Shown: positions 26,205 through 38,552 of the stretch, in pieces
How positions within the stretch are numbered: the stretch's first letter is position 1
Layout: every line of letters begins with the position of its first letter
Source: Haliotis cracherodii
Lineage: Eukaryota
Length of the DNA stretch: 64,000 nucleotides
Direction of reading: 5' to 3'
Assembly (NCBI RefSeq): GCF_022045235.1
Contig: NW_027266265.1
Span: forward strand, 56,978,001 to 57,042,000
Notes under the pieces: model-generated
Database searches by the model: none
What the model was told of the DNA's origin: nothing
Seen by the model: the letters and a program-made list of their open reading frames with translations, nothing else
Translations under genes and position numbers: made by a program

Positions 26205-26890
26205 GGTTTGGTTTGTTTGCTGTTTAATGCCGCACTTAGCAATATTCCAGCTATATGACGGCGGTCTGTGAATAATGGAGTCTGAACCAGACAATGAAGT
26301 GATTAATATCATGAGCATCGATCCAAGCAATTGGGATCGATGACATGCATCAACCAAGTCAGCGAGCCTGATCACCTGATCCCGTTAGTCGCCTATTACG
26401 ACAAACATAAATGCCTTACGGCAAGCATTGGTTGCTGAACACCTATTCTACCCCGGATCTTCACGGGTCTCATGGGTGATGGAGTAGCGTAGGGTATACA
26501 AAGCTGTAAAGTATCAATGATCTGGTTATAAAGTATTGTGATGAAGCTTCCATGAACCGCAGGGTAGTCTCTCTCACATACGATACCCAGTGTAGAAACT
26601 AAATTATTTATGTCTGTAGTATTTCTTTTGTTTGTTTGTTGTTTAACCTGCACTCAGCACTATTCCAGCTAATTGACAGCAGTCTGCAAATTATCAAGCA
26701 TGAACCAGACAATCCAATGAATAATATCATGAGCATCGATCCACGCAATTGGGATACAATGACATGCATGAGCCAAGTTAGCGAGCCTGACCACCCGATC
26801 CCGTTAGTTGCCTCTTACAACAAGCATAGTTACCTTTTACGGCAAGCTTGGGTTGCTGAAGACCTATTCTACCCCGGATCTTCACAGGTA
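26205..26890 (-). mobile_element. Two copies of SINE-like repeat family B (about 260 bp)
   Basis: Consensus gaagatccggggtagaataggtcttcagcaacc...gtaagaggcgactaacgggatc...gctggaatattgctgagtgcggcgttaaa(CAAA)n. Also near 5130-5650, 6375-6610, 7510-7735, 15020-15200, 24525-24750, 33295-33460, 51790-51890 and 61810-62030. Confidence 0.8.
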
Positions 26891-27503
26891 GTGTATGTAG
26901 TAGGGCTGGGACATTACACCAACTGTGCAATCTGATACACATCAGATACCATGCTCAATATCTGCTACATATCACAATAATTGCATGTGCTCTTATCTGT
27001 GATATGTAAGCCATCATTTTCATAGACAGGATGGCCAAATACCTGACGATTTACAGTTGGCAGTGTCAAGTATGATGCAATGGATGAAAATATATACGTT
27101 TTCACTACAAATTTTACTACTAATGTTTGTGGTAACAGTTAAAAAAGTAAATGTTTAACTCTAAGCAAAAATCAAAATATGTTACTTAATGTACGACTGT
27201 GATCAATACTTGTATTGAGAAATAAAAAACCATGACACACTTATGCAGTGTATCGTACCACTAGTCTGTAGACATTATGACAAACCCACACATGGAAATT
27301 AGCACTAGCCAGGAGCAGTTTTGTAATGTTAAACATGTTAAAGGTATCCTAAGGGATAGTAGAATTTCAAACACTGTGGTAAGTATTGCCATGTTATCAC
27401 TATTTGTGCTAGAAGATGTTCTTATTTAATTTCCATCAATGAAAACATACTGGAATAACATTCAAAAGTAAACTAGAGTTAGTTTGTAAAGCTGGATACT
27501 CAC

Positions 27504-27921
27504 CAATAACCTGCCCAGCATAATTCTTCCCATCTTCAGCCCCTGCCGCTATTCTTGCTTCCATTTCTCGCCCATACTGTACAAATGCATAACCCTTGTG
27601 CATGGATATTCCTGTGACTAATCCAAACTTCATAAAGATTTGCTCTACATCTTCTTTATTCAGAGCAAAAGTGTTCAAATTTCCAACAAATACTCGAGAC
27701 TTGGCAGATGCTGGATCATTTGTATTACTGCTGACAGGCCCGGGTCCTGGAGGGCCTGGAGGTCGAGGCGGTCCCTGTGGGCCTGGTGGGCCCGGTCTCG
27801 GTGGTCCACGCGGACCAGGTGGACCCATGGGTCGAGGTGGTCCTTGGGGACCAGGCCCTGGGGGCCTCATCCTGGGTGGTCCCATCCCCGGAGGTCGCAT
27901 GCCTGGTGGTCTCATCATCAT
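27504..27921 (-). CDS. RRM/zinc-finger gene, coding exon 1: P/G/R/M-rich N-terminus and hnRNP C/RALY-type RRM
   Basis: NTNDPASAKSRVFVGNLNT...ISMHKGYAFVQY...AAGAEDGKNYAGQVI parallels hnRNP C (TDPRSMNSRVFIGNLNT...SVHKGFAFVQY...AVAGEDGRMIAGQVL). Acceptor tttttcag (exon starts 27948); donor G|gtgagt, phase 1. Confidence 0.92.
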
Positions 27922-28959
27922 GTAGTTTCAGTAACTTTAAGCTATTTTCTGAAAAACAAATCAGGATATATTCAAGCATTAAACATGAAGATTTTTTTCC
28001 ACTTGAACATGTTGAATACAAAGATCCCTTGAACAATTAACTCACTCAAAAGTTAAGGTTCTACCAAGAAGAAAAACTATTAATAATTTCAAGGAATGTG
28101 AATCTCAAGACAAATTAATTATTAACCATGTCATCTGGCTTCTGTTCATGTAATTCAGTGTGTGAGACCTTACTTTGCTTAAAAAAAATCATCAGTGCTG
28201 TACAAATTAAGGAATAAATAAGCCTTACGTGTAAACGTGTCAACATTTGCTTTTTAACTAAGAACATCATACAACCAAATTCTTGCTATATTCAAAATTG
28301 GTACATTCCACTTGCATCAATACAATACACAATAACTGCACTATTATCCTTTACAATCAAAATCAGGTAAGAATAATTGAAACAATTAACTATCCCATGC
28401 ACTATATTGCCAACATATTCAGTTATCAAGGCCCTATCATGTATCTGCTCCTTGTATCCAATTTTACATATATGTCATCATCCAGTGTGACATCACTGTC
28501 ACATCATAGATCGTGACTGTTTACCAGCCTACTTAATGACATCGATCTACAGGCATTTTCTTAGTATGAATCAATAACTAAAGGCCAGCTTGCAAAAAGA
28601 AACAGTCTGATTCTCACATGAACATAATTTCTTCAAATACATTAAAGTCAAGTGTTTCACTAAAACTTCGTGTTCAATGGTATGATTAGGACAATAAACA
28701 CAACCATTAGAACACCAGTTCCAAAGGCAATCAAGATTCAGATGTCTTCACAAACATTGAAACAATTGGTGTCGCCATCAACAGCGAACGAACTTCACTG
28801 TAAGCCAAAATACGACTTGGAATGATTGCAGTCGACGGATTTGTCTTCACTAACAAGTACCTTTGAAAACCTCACAATGAATTACGTTAGTTCCACAAAA
28901 GATAATCACGTAACAAATAATGTCTGCTAATCTAATAGGTGTGCTTTCCACATGTTTGT

Positions 28960-29110
28960 AAAAAGTACACTTACTTGGCGCTTGTAGATGGCGCTGTACT
29001 TCCGCCTGGCAAGTACAAAAATATGAATTCTTATCTGAATTGAAAATAATCAATCATTATTGTTATTTGTTTATGTATCCAACACTGTTATGCTATTACG
29101 GTAAGATAAC
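28960..29110. promoter_or_regulatory. Putative compact bidirectional promoter (RRM/ZnF gene and Mpv17-like gene)
   Basis: Divergent genes. Minus-strand donor CAA|GTAAGT at 28974, plus-strand donor ACG|GTAAGA at 29101. Between them lie a CTCF-like TGTAGATGGCGCTG and an ETS-like ACTTCCG. Confidence 0.5.
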
Positions 29111-29480
29111 ACTATTAATAGTAAGTAGAATAAAGAATATTCTTAATTCTTTACCAAGCTTTACTGCAATTTTATATTTTCGTTGTTCGTTTTAGGTTAA
29201 CAAATAATATTTTGTTAGGTATGGTGGTCATGCTTTCGTAAAACCGGTGCCCTTGAGCTGGAAGGGCCAGTGTGTTGACAAGATGAGTGGATGCAAGGAG
29301 AGAAGCGGGTGAGGTTTTGTGAGAAGAGGATATGATCATATGACTGACGCATTGATTAAGACTGCATCAGTTTGTTAATTAACCCGGACGTCTCTACCAG
29401 CCTTTGAAATAAGCCTACAAATCAACGAGTAAAACTAAATATCCAATGATGGCAGCCTTCACTGACTAGTAGCATTTGAG

Positions 29481-29620
29481 CACAGGGACTCGATGATAGC
29501 GTGCAAAGCATATTATATTCGTATAGAAGAAATCACACCCCTCTATAGGCTGCATATGTATCAAGGGGGGTGATTTTTTTTCTGAAATTATGCTACACAC
29601 GCTGTCATCGAGTTCCTGTG
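29481..29620. mobile_element. 140-bp palindromic MITE
   Basis: cacagggactcgatgatagcgtg / cacgctgtcatcgagttcctgtg, flanked by catttgag / aatttgag. Confidence 0.7.
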
Positions 29621-29865
29621 AATTTGAGGGCTATTATTCTGAACCAGTTCTCAATGCTTAATTTCCTCGCCACGAGTTGGAACTGAAGAAGGTTGATAGA
29701 GGGTGTAGTGGACTTTACCGGGCCACATTTTCTGATTTCAATTAACACTGCATGGATAATCAAACCCAAACTAAACTGAAACTTACATTATCGTATAATT
29801 GATTATGTGAACTTTTCTTTTCAGAGCTTCTTTGATGTCTTAACTCCAAGGCAGTTATTCCAAGC

Positions 29866-30627
29866 ATGAACAAGTTAGGACATGGCATTCTTCAGCTGGC
29901 ATGGAAACCGGTGTTAAAATCCATTCGCATTGGAGGCAAGAAACTATTTTCAAAGAAATACCTCCTGTACACTAACACTGCTCTGACGGTAGGACTCTCC
30001 CTCACTGGGGATGTCATCCAGCAGAACTTCCAGATCTGCAAACACAAGAACAGAACATGGGACAAGACTAGAACATTTCATGTGTCCTGCACGGGGTTCC
30101 TTGTAGGTCCGTTCTGCCACTTCTGGTACATGTTCCTTGACCGATGGCTGCCAGGGAGGACACTTCGGATTGTGTTTAAGAAAATTCTAGTGGATCAGTT
30201 GGTTTGTTCACCTCTATTTATAGGAATGTTTCTCATGAGTTTAAATTATATGGAAAATGACTCTTGGGACAAGGTCAAGCAGGACTTGGTTGAAAAAGGC
30301 AAAACATTATATCTAGCTGATTGGATTGTATGGCCCCCAGCCCAGTTGATCAACTTTCTATTTCTACCTACAAGATACCGTGTTTTGTATGACAATACTA
30401 TTGCATTTGGATTTGACTGTTACTTTTCATATGTGCGTTATGATAAAGTCTATCCACAAGATGACCACACGCAAGAAGCAGAGAGTGAAGACACTCATGT
30501 GATGACCACAGTGGACAAGGAGGATTCAGACTCTTGGCAGTTGCATGTGAATAGTGAACAATTAATAACCTGTGATAAAAGCAAGTCTGTTTCAGGAGAT
30601 TTATGTGAACAACACATATTTTCATAA
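29866..30627 (+). CDS. MPV17L2: Mpv17/PMP22 family protein (Mpv17-like protein 2-like), single coding exon
   Basis: 253-aa ORF with LLYTNT...GDVIQQ...WDKTRT...GPFCHFWYMFLDRWLPG...KKILVDQLVCSP...DWIVWPPAQLINFLFLPTRYRVLYDN; acceptor ttttctttttcag ends at 29824. Confidence 0.9.
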   Translation: MNKLGHGILQLAWKPVLKSIRIGGKKLFSKKYLLYTNTALTVGLSLTGDVIQQNFQICKHKNRTWDKTRTFHVSCTGFLVGPFCHFWYMFLDRWLPGRTLRIVFKKILVDQLVCSPLFIGMFLMSLNYMENDSWDKVKQDLVEKGKTLYLADWIVWPPAQLINFLFLPTRYRVLYDNTIAFGFDCYFSYVRYDKVYPQDDHTQEAESEDTHVMTTVDKEDSDSWQLHVNSEQLITCDKSKSVSGDLCEQHIFS

Positions 30628-30799
30628 GCATAGTGCTTGTGTTATTTCGTGTTCAGGGGGTGTATTTTTGTACCAATTTAGCATTGAACTGGTGTTACAC
30701 ATAGTATGGCGAGGAATTTTTTTTTCTTGAAATACTTACTGATGTCAAATAATTACTGTTCACTCGACACAGCCTGTTAGATTGTTTGTCTTACTCAAC

Positions 30800-31305
30800 T
30801 AAAGTACTCACGGAAATGAAAAAAACCCTGTTGATCTTAAATAGATGCAGTTCATCTACAAAATATGTATATATTCAAACAACTAAATTAGTACTAATTG
30901 GGCCGTGACACAAATACAGCGTATCAAATGTTTTTATGCCTTTTTACACGTATAAGTGTGTAAAAATGTGAATAAAACAGACTATTGTGAAACAGGGCAT
31001 AACCAGGTGTAAGTAGATCAAGGTGACCTATGACACCTTGAAGACAGGTGAGAACAGGTGCATAATGCCTATAGTCTGTTTCTGCTATGTCAATTTGGAC
31101 TTAGTTTTATTTTTGAATGTTGAAAGTGCCGACAAATTACCTCCTGTAAAGTACATTTTGTATTGTTCACTGAGATAAAACTAGCAAATCCAGACTAGTA
31201 CTTTTCGAGTTGTTTTGTTATTTCGTATTTACAGCTACGTAACACTTTGTGTCGATTTTTAAATTAAGAAAAACAGTTGTTTTTTTCATTTCCGTGAGTA
31301 CTTTA
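30800..31305. mobile_element. Tc1/mariner-like non-autonomous element
   Basis: TIR TA-aagtactcacggaaatgaaaaaaac / gttttttt(t)catttccgtgagtactt-TA. Confidence 0.78.
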
Positions 31306-32949
31306 TCAGCCTCGTTTTACTTATGTCAGCAACATTGTGACTATTACCATCATCATGATCTTATACAACATGTATATATAGCGATGTTATATTAAAGACT
31401 TTCGGGAAAGTTAATGATAAAAAATATTCACAAAATTTGATGGTACTAAAACCCTGCTCTGACAGGTTTTAGATATTAAACGTAAATGGTTTTGTTCCTG
31501 ATGGAATAATATTTTGGTGATATTAGTGGTTGTAGTGATGTTAGTGTTGTTTTGACTTATCAGAGAACAATTAAGAAAAACCATGTTATTATTGATTAGT
31601 ACTCGTGTTGTGTTTTTGATACAAATTAAGTCTTTTTTATCACAGTTATGAGAACTACAGTCTGAAGTGCCTTAAGATGTTTTTTTCATATCTTTGTTGA
31701 AATGTCTTCACAGATGCAATAATGTTTATAATGTGGTGAAGGACGTCGGCACTTTTTTCTGTTTTTATTATTTATCATTAACCTATTTGTTGCACAAAGA
31801 AATTATATGTTACAAAGCTCATTAAAGAGTTTATATGAAGTTGTTGTATATTTTCATGGAGTGATTGGCTCCCATACAAATCGGCGAACTGGAGCTCTGT
31901 TCAGTGGTATTCTTGATGCCCCAGTGCTGTATGCTGAATGCCATGAAAAGTTTATCAGGTATGCAGATGCCATTATTTCAGTTTTGAAATGAATGAAATA
32001 AAAATCAATGAATTATTTTGTGTGTTTTTTATGTTTTTTTCTTAATTGTTACTTTTTTAGTTTTTTCTTTTGACTGGTGGCGGGGGGATTGTCACAAAAA
32101 ATATGGGGGGCATCGGCAAAATTACAATACAGTCTTGAGACCAATTCTCTTTCATTCCCCTTCAAGTGACCATCCCTTAAATTGGTTGCCAAGACAAATT
32201 AAGTGGAATGCCAGATGTCTAGAGGGTGGGGATACCATCATTGACATTCATTGACATTGAGTCCTGATGAGGTGGATCAGTTTCTGAAATATCTTTTACT
32301 CCCAGCAATCCATGTAGGCTGGCAACTTATTTATGTAACTAGTGCCAATAAAAAGCTGCAGGTCAGAGTAGATCATCCTTTTTCTAAGATTGACTTTACT
32401 CTGTACCTTTAAGGCTTACAAGTCTAAAACCACACAGGTGACTCTTGCTCTCAGGTGTCAGTGAGGCAGTATCGGTGCAGCAATTCAATTTTCTGAAAGA
32501 CAGTCTGTCCAGAGTTTGATTTAACTGCTGGCCCATTGGCCCATGGTCAGTTAAAATTACAAAGGGCTTGCTGAAACGTAAAGTAGATGGACCGTCTGGC
32601 TAGTCAAGTATTCACCCCTTCTCTGCGTATATTTAATTTTATTAAATGGATCATCTCAGTAGAATGACAACTGGCCGCCATATTGTAATGCTGTGTACAA
32701 AATAAATTCCCGTGAACAAATCAATAGACAGTTTAGTGTTTTAATTGAAATACCCAGTTACCAAAAATACCATTTGTTGAATTTGAAATATGACAAATTA
32801 CCTGGAATTTAGAGTAATTACAATTTACAACTGAGCGACTGCGGTCTGTACAATCTTCTAGCTAATTCGTGGCGGTTTATAATACCTGATTGTATATGGA
32901 CCAGGTTAATTAAGCATTCGACAGACCTGAACACTTTTAACGTGTTACA

Positions 32950-33180
32950 TCATGCCTCACCTGTTTCATATTTAGATCTATGCATAAAGATTCAGGGTGA
33001 CATACTTTCCAACTGTCAACTTTCCCTTTATCGGGAGTAGAATTCCAGCAGCTACTGCCTTTGGTGTCATATTTCTCAATGTTTGGTACAATCAAGATGA
33101 TCTTAGAACAAAGATCGTCATATGACCATAATTGTTAATTGATCAGGACTACAACGTCCGATGCCTTAAGTCATGTTAAA
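32950..33180 (+). mobile_element. Penelope-like retroelement RT remnant
   Basis: Translates FPTVNFPFIGSRIPAATAFGV, resembling the PLE motif IVNFPFLxSNIPxxxAYGV; frameshifted. Confidence 0.6.
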
Positions 33181-35879
33181 CTGAAGTACAAAAGAAAGTA
33201 CACACCCTGACTGCTTTTATTAACCCAAAACAACAAAACATTTTCAGCTCATATCATATGTGTATTAATACCCGACGTTTGAGGGCTGTTCGTGACCCTT
33301 GAAGATCCGGGATAGAAGAGGTCAACCCATGCTTGTCATAATAGGCAACTATGCTTATCATACGAGGCGACTAACGGGATCGGGTGGTCAGGCTTACTGA
33401 CTTCGTTGATGCATGTCATATAGCTGGAATATTGCTGAGTGCGGCATTAAACAAAGAAACGAACGTGTTTGTGCTGTTCCTATTGATCTTAAGCAATTCC
33501 ACGCGACTGGTTGTTGCCTTTGTTATTGTTTTTTCCCCTGTGTGTACCCAGATGATCGAGGAAAAATCTGGACAAGTTCGCAACCTGTGTTGCGTCATTC
33601 CTAAGCGCATTTGTCGCTTTTATTGATTGTGTAAGTGCGTATGGTCACATTGATCAGCAAACTGAAATAGTTTAGTCTTGAAAATAAAACCGACATGTAA
33701 GTATCTTTGCATACGTAATGGTGACAAAGTTTTGATGAGTCACTTGCTTGGTATTGTGCTATTTTCAGTGACACTATTTTGCCTTGCAACACAAAGAAAA
33801 TATTTCCCCTGAGCATTGCTTATTTTATTGTGTGTATATTTTATAGTCAAAATGTCTTAACGTTTTCACTTAGGCAATTTATTAAACACCTAAATATTCA
33901 GTTATTTCACAAATTGACTGAAAAGTGTCTATTTATGTTATAATGAAAACATTTTGATGATTAATGTCATGACGGAAAGCGATAGGATTAAAAGAAAAGG
34001 AAATTCAAAGTACATTTCTGTAGATTGGGCTTCTAATCCTAGCATAATTAGTCTATTGTGATGTTTTAAGGTCTTTTGAACCTCTTAATAATTTTTAGTC
34101 AAGCTGTTAAATAAATTCACTCAATTTGTAAATTACTGAAATATCTAAACATTTTATGAATTGCCTGAGTGAATCCCATTTTACACATTAATGACTGTAA
34201 CATATACACCTCTACAAGCAAAAAGGCTTGTGAAAACAACGTCTGTATCACATCGAACTTCCCAACAAAAACGTAGAGGAACAAGAATGATTCTATTCAA
34301 TGCAACAGCAAATGAATGAAAACAAAATGCAAATATCATAATAACATAATTACAACCTACCAAAGTTTGTACAAACATACATTGTATGTATAAATTTAGG
34401 CAGTTACCTTGTTTGAGGAATGTATCCGTGAATATTCACATAATATAAGGTACAAATAAACTTATTTGATGTCACACGTCTCTGTAACAATGAAATATCT
34501 TAAAATATATATAGCATTTCGGGATATTATAACCCGTGTTTGTTTCTCAACTGATGACTCAGTTTGTTTCAGGTGTTTCGCATAGGTGTCAAGTCTCAAA
34601 GGTCGGCTGAGAAAGCCCACATGACAACTATTTTCATAATGTCCACGGTTCTTTAAAAAAACATAGAGTTAGATAACAATGAACAATCAATCATTCTTTA
34701 TAAGTTCATCCTTTGAACAAAGTATGTTGTTTTTACATTGGCACTTCATGTCCAGATATGGGTCTGCTTTAGTAAACTTACTTTTGACAGATCCACTGTG
34801 CAAGATAACAGTGATTAATCAATCAAAATATTTTCTGTTGATCTTTTGATGGCGAGGAATGATCAGTTGATTCACGAAAAGATTAAATGAACTGATCACT
34901 CTTGCTGGGCTGCCACGTGCATATCACATAACAATCATTTCACTCAACTTCAAACCTGGATTCAGACTAAATAATTACTCCAGACACAAGAAATGCCAAT
35001 TGGGAATCTTAGTCAGGTAATTTGAGTGGTGCTTCCACTAATTATACTTGTAATAAATTCATTAACTGAGCTTCAAGTGACAACAAATACACAAGTGTAG
35101 GGTTATACCAGGAAACATGGATGACAACAAGAGATGGCAATCTTATTATCCGTGCAATCCGAAATCTGAAAAGGCTTTAGTTGCAGAGATACTTTTTTTT
35201 TTATTATGAAACCATAACCATCAGGGGTATTTCCAAATAAGGACATCCGATGAGCTTCCACCGTTCTCTTGGTCTGTTTCTTTAGGCTGAAGAAATTAAT
35301 TAACATGTACCCTTTGTCGAAATCTTCAAAGATCACGAGTAACCAATCAGTTTTCAAAAATGCATAAAACAGATATTGCCTCAAAGTTTATTTAGGTGTC
35401 CTTACAGACGGTAGCCCAGTCTCTTGTCAAGCTCAGTTGCTTTAGCGAACAAATCGACTCACGGCAGCTAGTGAGTCCTAGCGGGCAGTGTTAGAGTGAG
35501 TGAGTATGGTTTTACGCCGCTTTTAGCAATATTCCAGCAATATCACGGCAGGGGACACCAGAAATGGGCTTCACACATTGTACCCATGTCGGGAATCGAA
35601 CCTGGATCTTCGGCGTGATGAGCCAACACTTTAACCACTAGGCTACCCGACCGCCCCAGCAGTGTCAGACAGCCGAGAAGAAGCCAGAGATTGGTGCCCC
35701 TTCATATGCTGGTGGACTGTTTTCACGAGACATGTTAATGAAATACATGCAACTGCATCTCAGGTCATCGGTTCTTAATTACTTTATTTTCACTGAACAC
35801 CTTAACAACGAACATGATTAAAAGGCCTTGTGTAACATATTGAACATATATCATGTAAGTTCAAGCTCTGATAGGCTGA

Positions 35880-36221
35880 GGTGAGGTGAAATGGGGTTTA
35901 ACATCGCTTCCAAGAATATTGTACTTATATAGCGACGTGCATATACATGTGTGTGTGTGTGTGTGTGTGGCTGCTTGTACTAATCCGGACTGATGCCGAT
36001 TTATAGTGCTAGCCTACCATGCTGCAGTTTAACATGAATACCCCACCCGGACACAGTATACTGACTCCAAGCCGACCAGTCCTTGTTTTAGCCCCTTAAT
36101 GCTGAGTGAACAGACAGGGTAACAACAAGTACCATCTTTTGATATGACGCGGCTGGGGATAGAACCCCGGACCTTCCACTCTCTGGGTAGATTCTCTACC
36201 ACTTGACCACAGAGGTGGTCC
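35880..36221 (-). mobile_element. tRNA-derived SINE family D (Meta/MESC-like core)
   Basis: tRNA-like head and core ctcagcattaagggg...ggactggtcggcttggagtcagtatactgtgtccgggtgggg. A second copy lies near 2150-2420. Confidence 0.65.
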
Positions 36222-36269
36222 TGATAGGTTCTAGGGCATATGAACCTGCAACTTTCATCTCTGAACAAA

Positions 36270-37260
36270 ACAAGCGCTTCTGTGTCACAGAACTGTATTC
36301 TTCAGTCTTGATCATTAGAATCATGTAGCTCGAGCCCTTTGCTTCACATTGTATTGTACACTTTCCCCCTCAGTTGATCCAGCTCACTCTTAAGTGACTG
36401 ATTATGAGTTTTTAATAATTATATATTTGTGCACAAGTTCTAGTTTCGTCATGTGTTTATGCGTCTTATGAGACAGTTTATCAGGTTGTGGCTGACAAGG
36501 TTTAGGAGATAAACATTCCCGGGACAGATTTTTCCTGAGGGTAGACTGATATCTACCACAATGACCACATCTCCCTTTCCCTAACACCAACAGGGCACAA
36601 CTTGTTGACCTAACGGTCGAGCTCAACTGGATGCTGTTGGTGTTTACTCCAAAGTCCCCCTCTCTGTACGCGGACATGCCAGAAGCAGCTGCCTGACTCA
36701 ACCCAACACCTATTGGCACCAGGTGACTGAATTTGTCCTCATAATTACCAAGGCAAACTTGGAAAGAGGACAACTTTGATAAAAGTTACTTAACATCAGT
36801 TACAGTTGACAAGAACTTGGGCAAGCCAATCCAGAAATCATGATCCTGTTGGATTTTCTGTCTGTGGACCGAGATGGATTCCAGTAGTGACGGCGTGATT
36901 GTCACTGACAGTTTCAAAGCCAACTCAGAACCGTCATAGAACTGAACCAGAGTAATCACATCATCTATGGTCTGAATAACTGTGAAGTCTCCAAGTTGCT
37001 CATACTCCTCAAACAAAGTCCTTTTCAAAGATAAATATTGTTTGTATCTTCTGTGATGAAGAATGCTACTGACAACATCATCAAGATTGTTTTCATGGTT
37101 GTACTGGTGCATCTCTCCCGCAAGGACATAAAACTCATCAGCAGAATTGTCAGAATCTGTTGATTTCTCAGGACTGTGAGATTCTCTTAGTTCTTCAGGG
37201 TACTCAACTGGGTTGATGTAAAACTCTGCCCACGGCTCAGCCCACTGCAGTTGTCGAACA
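36270..37260 (-). pseudogene. Decaying transposon-associated coding region (Cys motif plus coiled coil, resembling N-terminal regions of some P/THAP9-like elements)
   Basis: Acceptor tgtgtttcag| at 37260. The ORF stops at TAA (36786), but the same frame continues as LLSKLSSFQVCLGN...TVRSTSCALL...RCGHCGRYQSTLRK, then a frameshift and further stops. Family assignment is from memory and uncertain. Confidence 0.55.
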
Positions 37261-37412
37261 CTGAAACACAAATTACAAAATACAGACATCATCATATGTC
37301 CCTAAACTAATGTGAGAGTACGCATGTTGATTATTAATTGCTCCCTTACCATACAGTTCCTGTTCGATTAATACACAATTCTAGTTAAGACAGTAATACT
37401 CAAAGTACCTAC

Positions 37413-37579
37413 GTGTTGTCATCAAACACAACTGGTTGAGATACTGTGTAAGTGTGGTCTTCATGATGTGTGGTGGGCGTAGCTGGGTCCTCTAGGGATG
37501 ATTGCGGATCTAGGGTTTGTGACTTTTTGCCAGCACGCTCAGGTCGCCTTCCAATCAATCCTTTTTTGTATCGTGGCAT
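37413..37579 (-). CDS. Putative exon of a transposon-derived gene (MPRYKKGLIGRR...HEDHTY...)
   Basis: ttttatccag|ATG ... AC|gtaggt; open, and in frame with the 37260 exon. Confidence 0.55.
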
Positions 37580-38552
37580 CTGGATAAAACACAAAACAAA
37601 TGTTACTAAATTAATATACTTTAAATAAGAATGTCCAGTTTCAAGCAAATGTTTGAATGTATACATATTGCAAACTTTGTGTGGAAAGTGTGCTTCCATC
37701 AGGACAATGAAATATTGACTTAATCATGTTAATAACACATATAATCTACAACATGTACATGATAGGGTGAAAATAAGTTAAACATAATCTATCTTCGCTA
37801 AAATTATTTTCCATTTCTATATTTTATCATGATTGTCAAATTCATACTTGCCAACTCTTGATCACCCCAAACAGGCAGATTATTTTGCCAGTCCAAGCAA
37901 ATAATATCTTATGTAAGTAGGGGTTTTCATTTTCTGGCTAGTATTTGACGGGATGTCTTACTGGTAAGTAGTAGATAAAGTAATGTGTTTTCAAAAGAAA
38001 AGAATGTTATATAAATATATTGAATCCAAACATAAAGGGCAAGATAAATGGAGTAAAGACACAAAATCTGTTTGAAATTGCTTATTTAGTCCCTAAAATT
38101 GATAAAACTGATTGCATATGTGGAATACATAATCCCCAGGCCAGCAAACAAATACACTGGATGTAAAATGGGAAACTGGTAGATTAGGCACGTCTGCATA
38201 TGTTTGTCCCATCATTCTATGTTTGTCCCATCATTCTATGTTTGTCCCATCATTCTATGTTTGTCCCAACAGCTACAATACCATACAACAATACTAAGAA
38301 AGAAAGTCCTTACTGATAAAAGTATGTTGCCATTTAGCAGTGTAGTGATTATGCTTAATACTCAGGAATCTGAACCTGAACATACTTCGACATTTGACCT
38401 TCATGATGACCCGATTAAAAAAGGCGGGTACCATGTGTGCAATATGAGTCGAAAGGATCTTTGCAACAAACTAATAGCCAAGACAGTTTGCAGCAGCTGA
38501 CAAAACAGTACAAATACTATAAGTAGCCCCTTTATCAGGTAGCTAAACATAC

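Noticed and set aside
27596-28040. Overlapping ORFs in other frames and strands over the RRM exon; collagen-like G-X-Y reading
   Set aside because: Shadows of a GC-rich Pro/Gly exon. The Gly spacing is irregular and there is no signal peptide.
32262-32292. CTGATGAG...GAAA hammerhead-like string
   Set aside because: No convincing stem II or flanking stems are visible.
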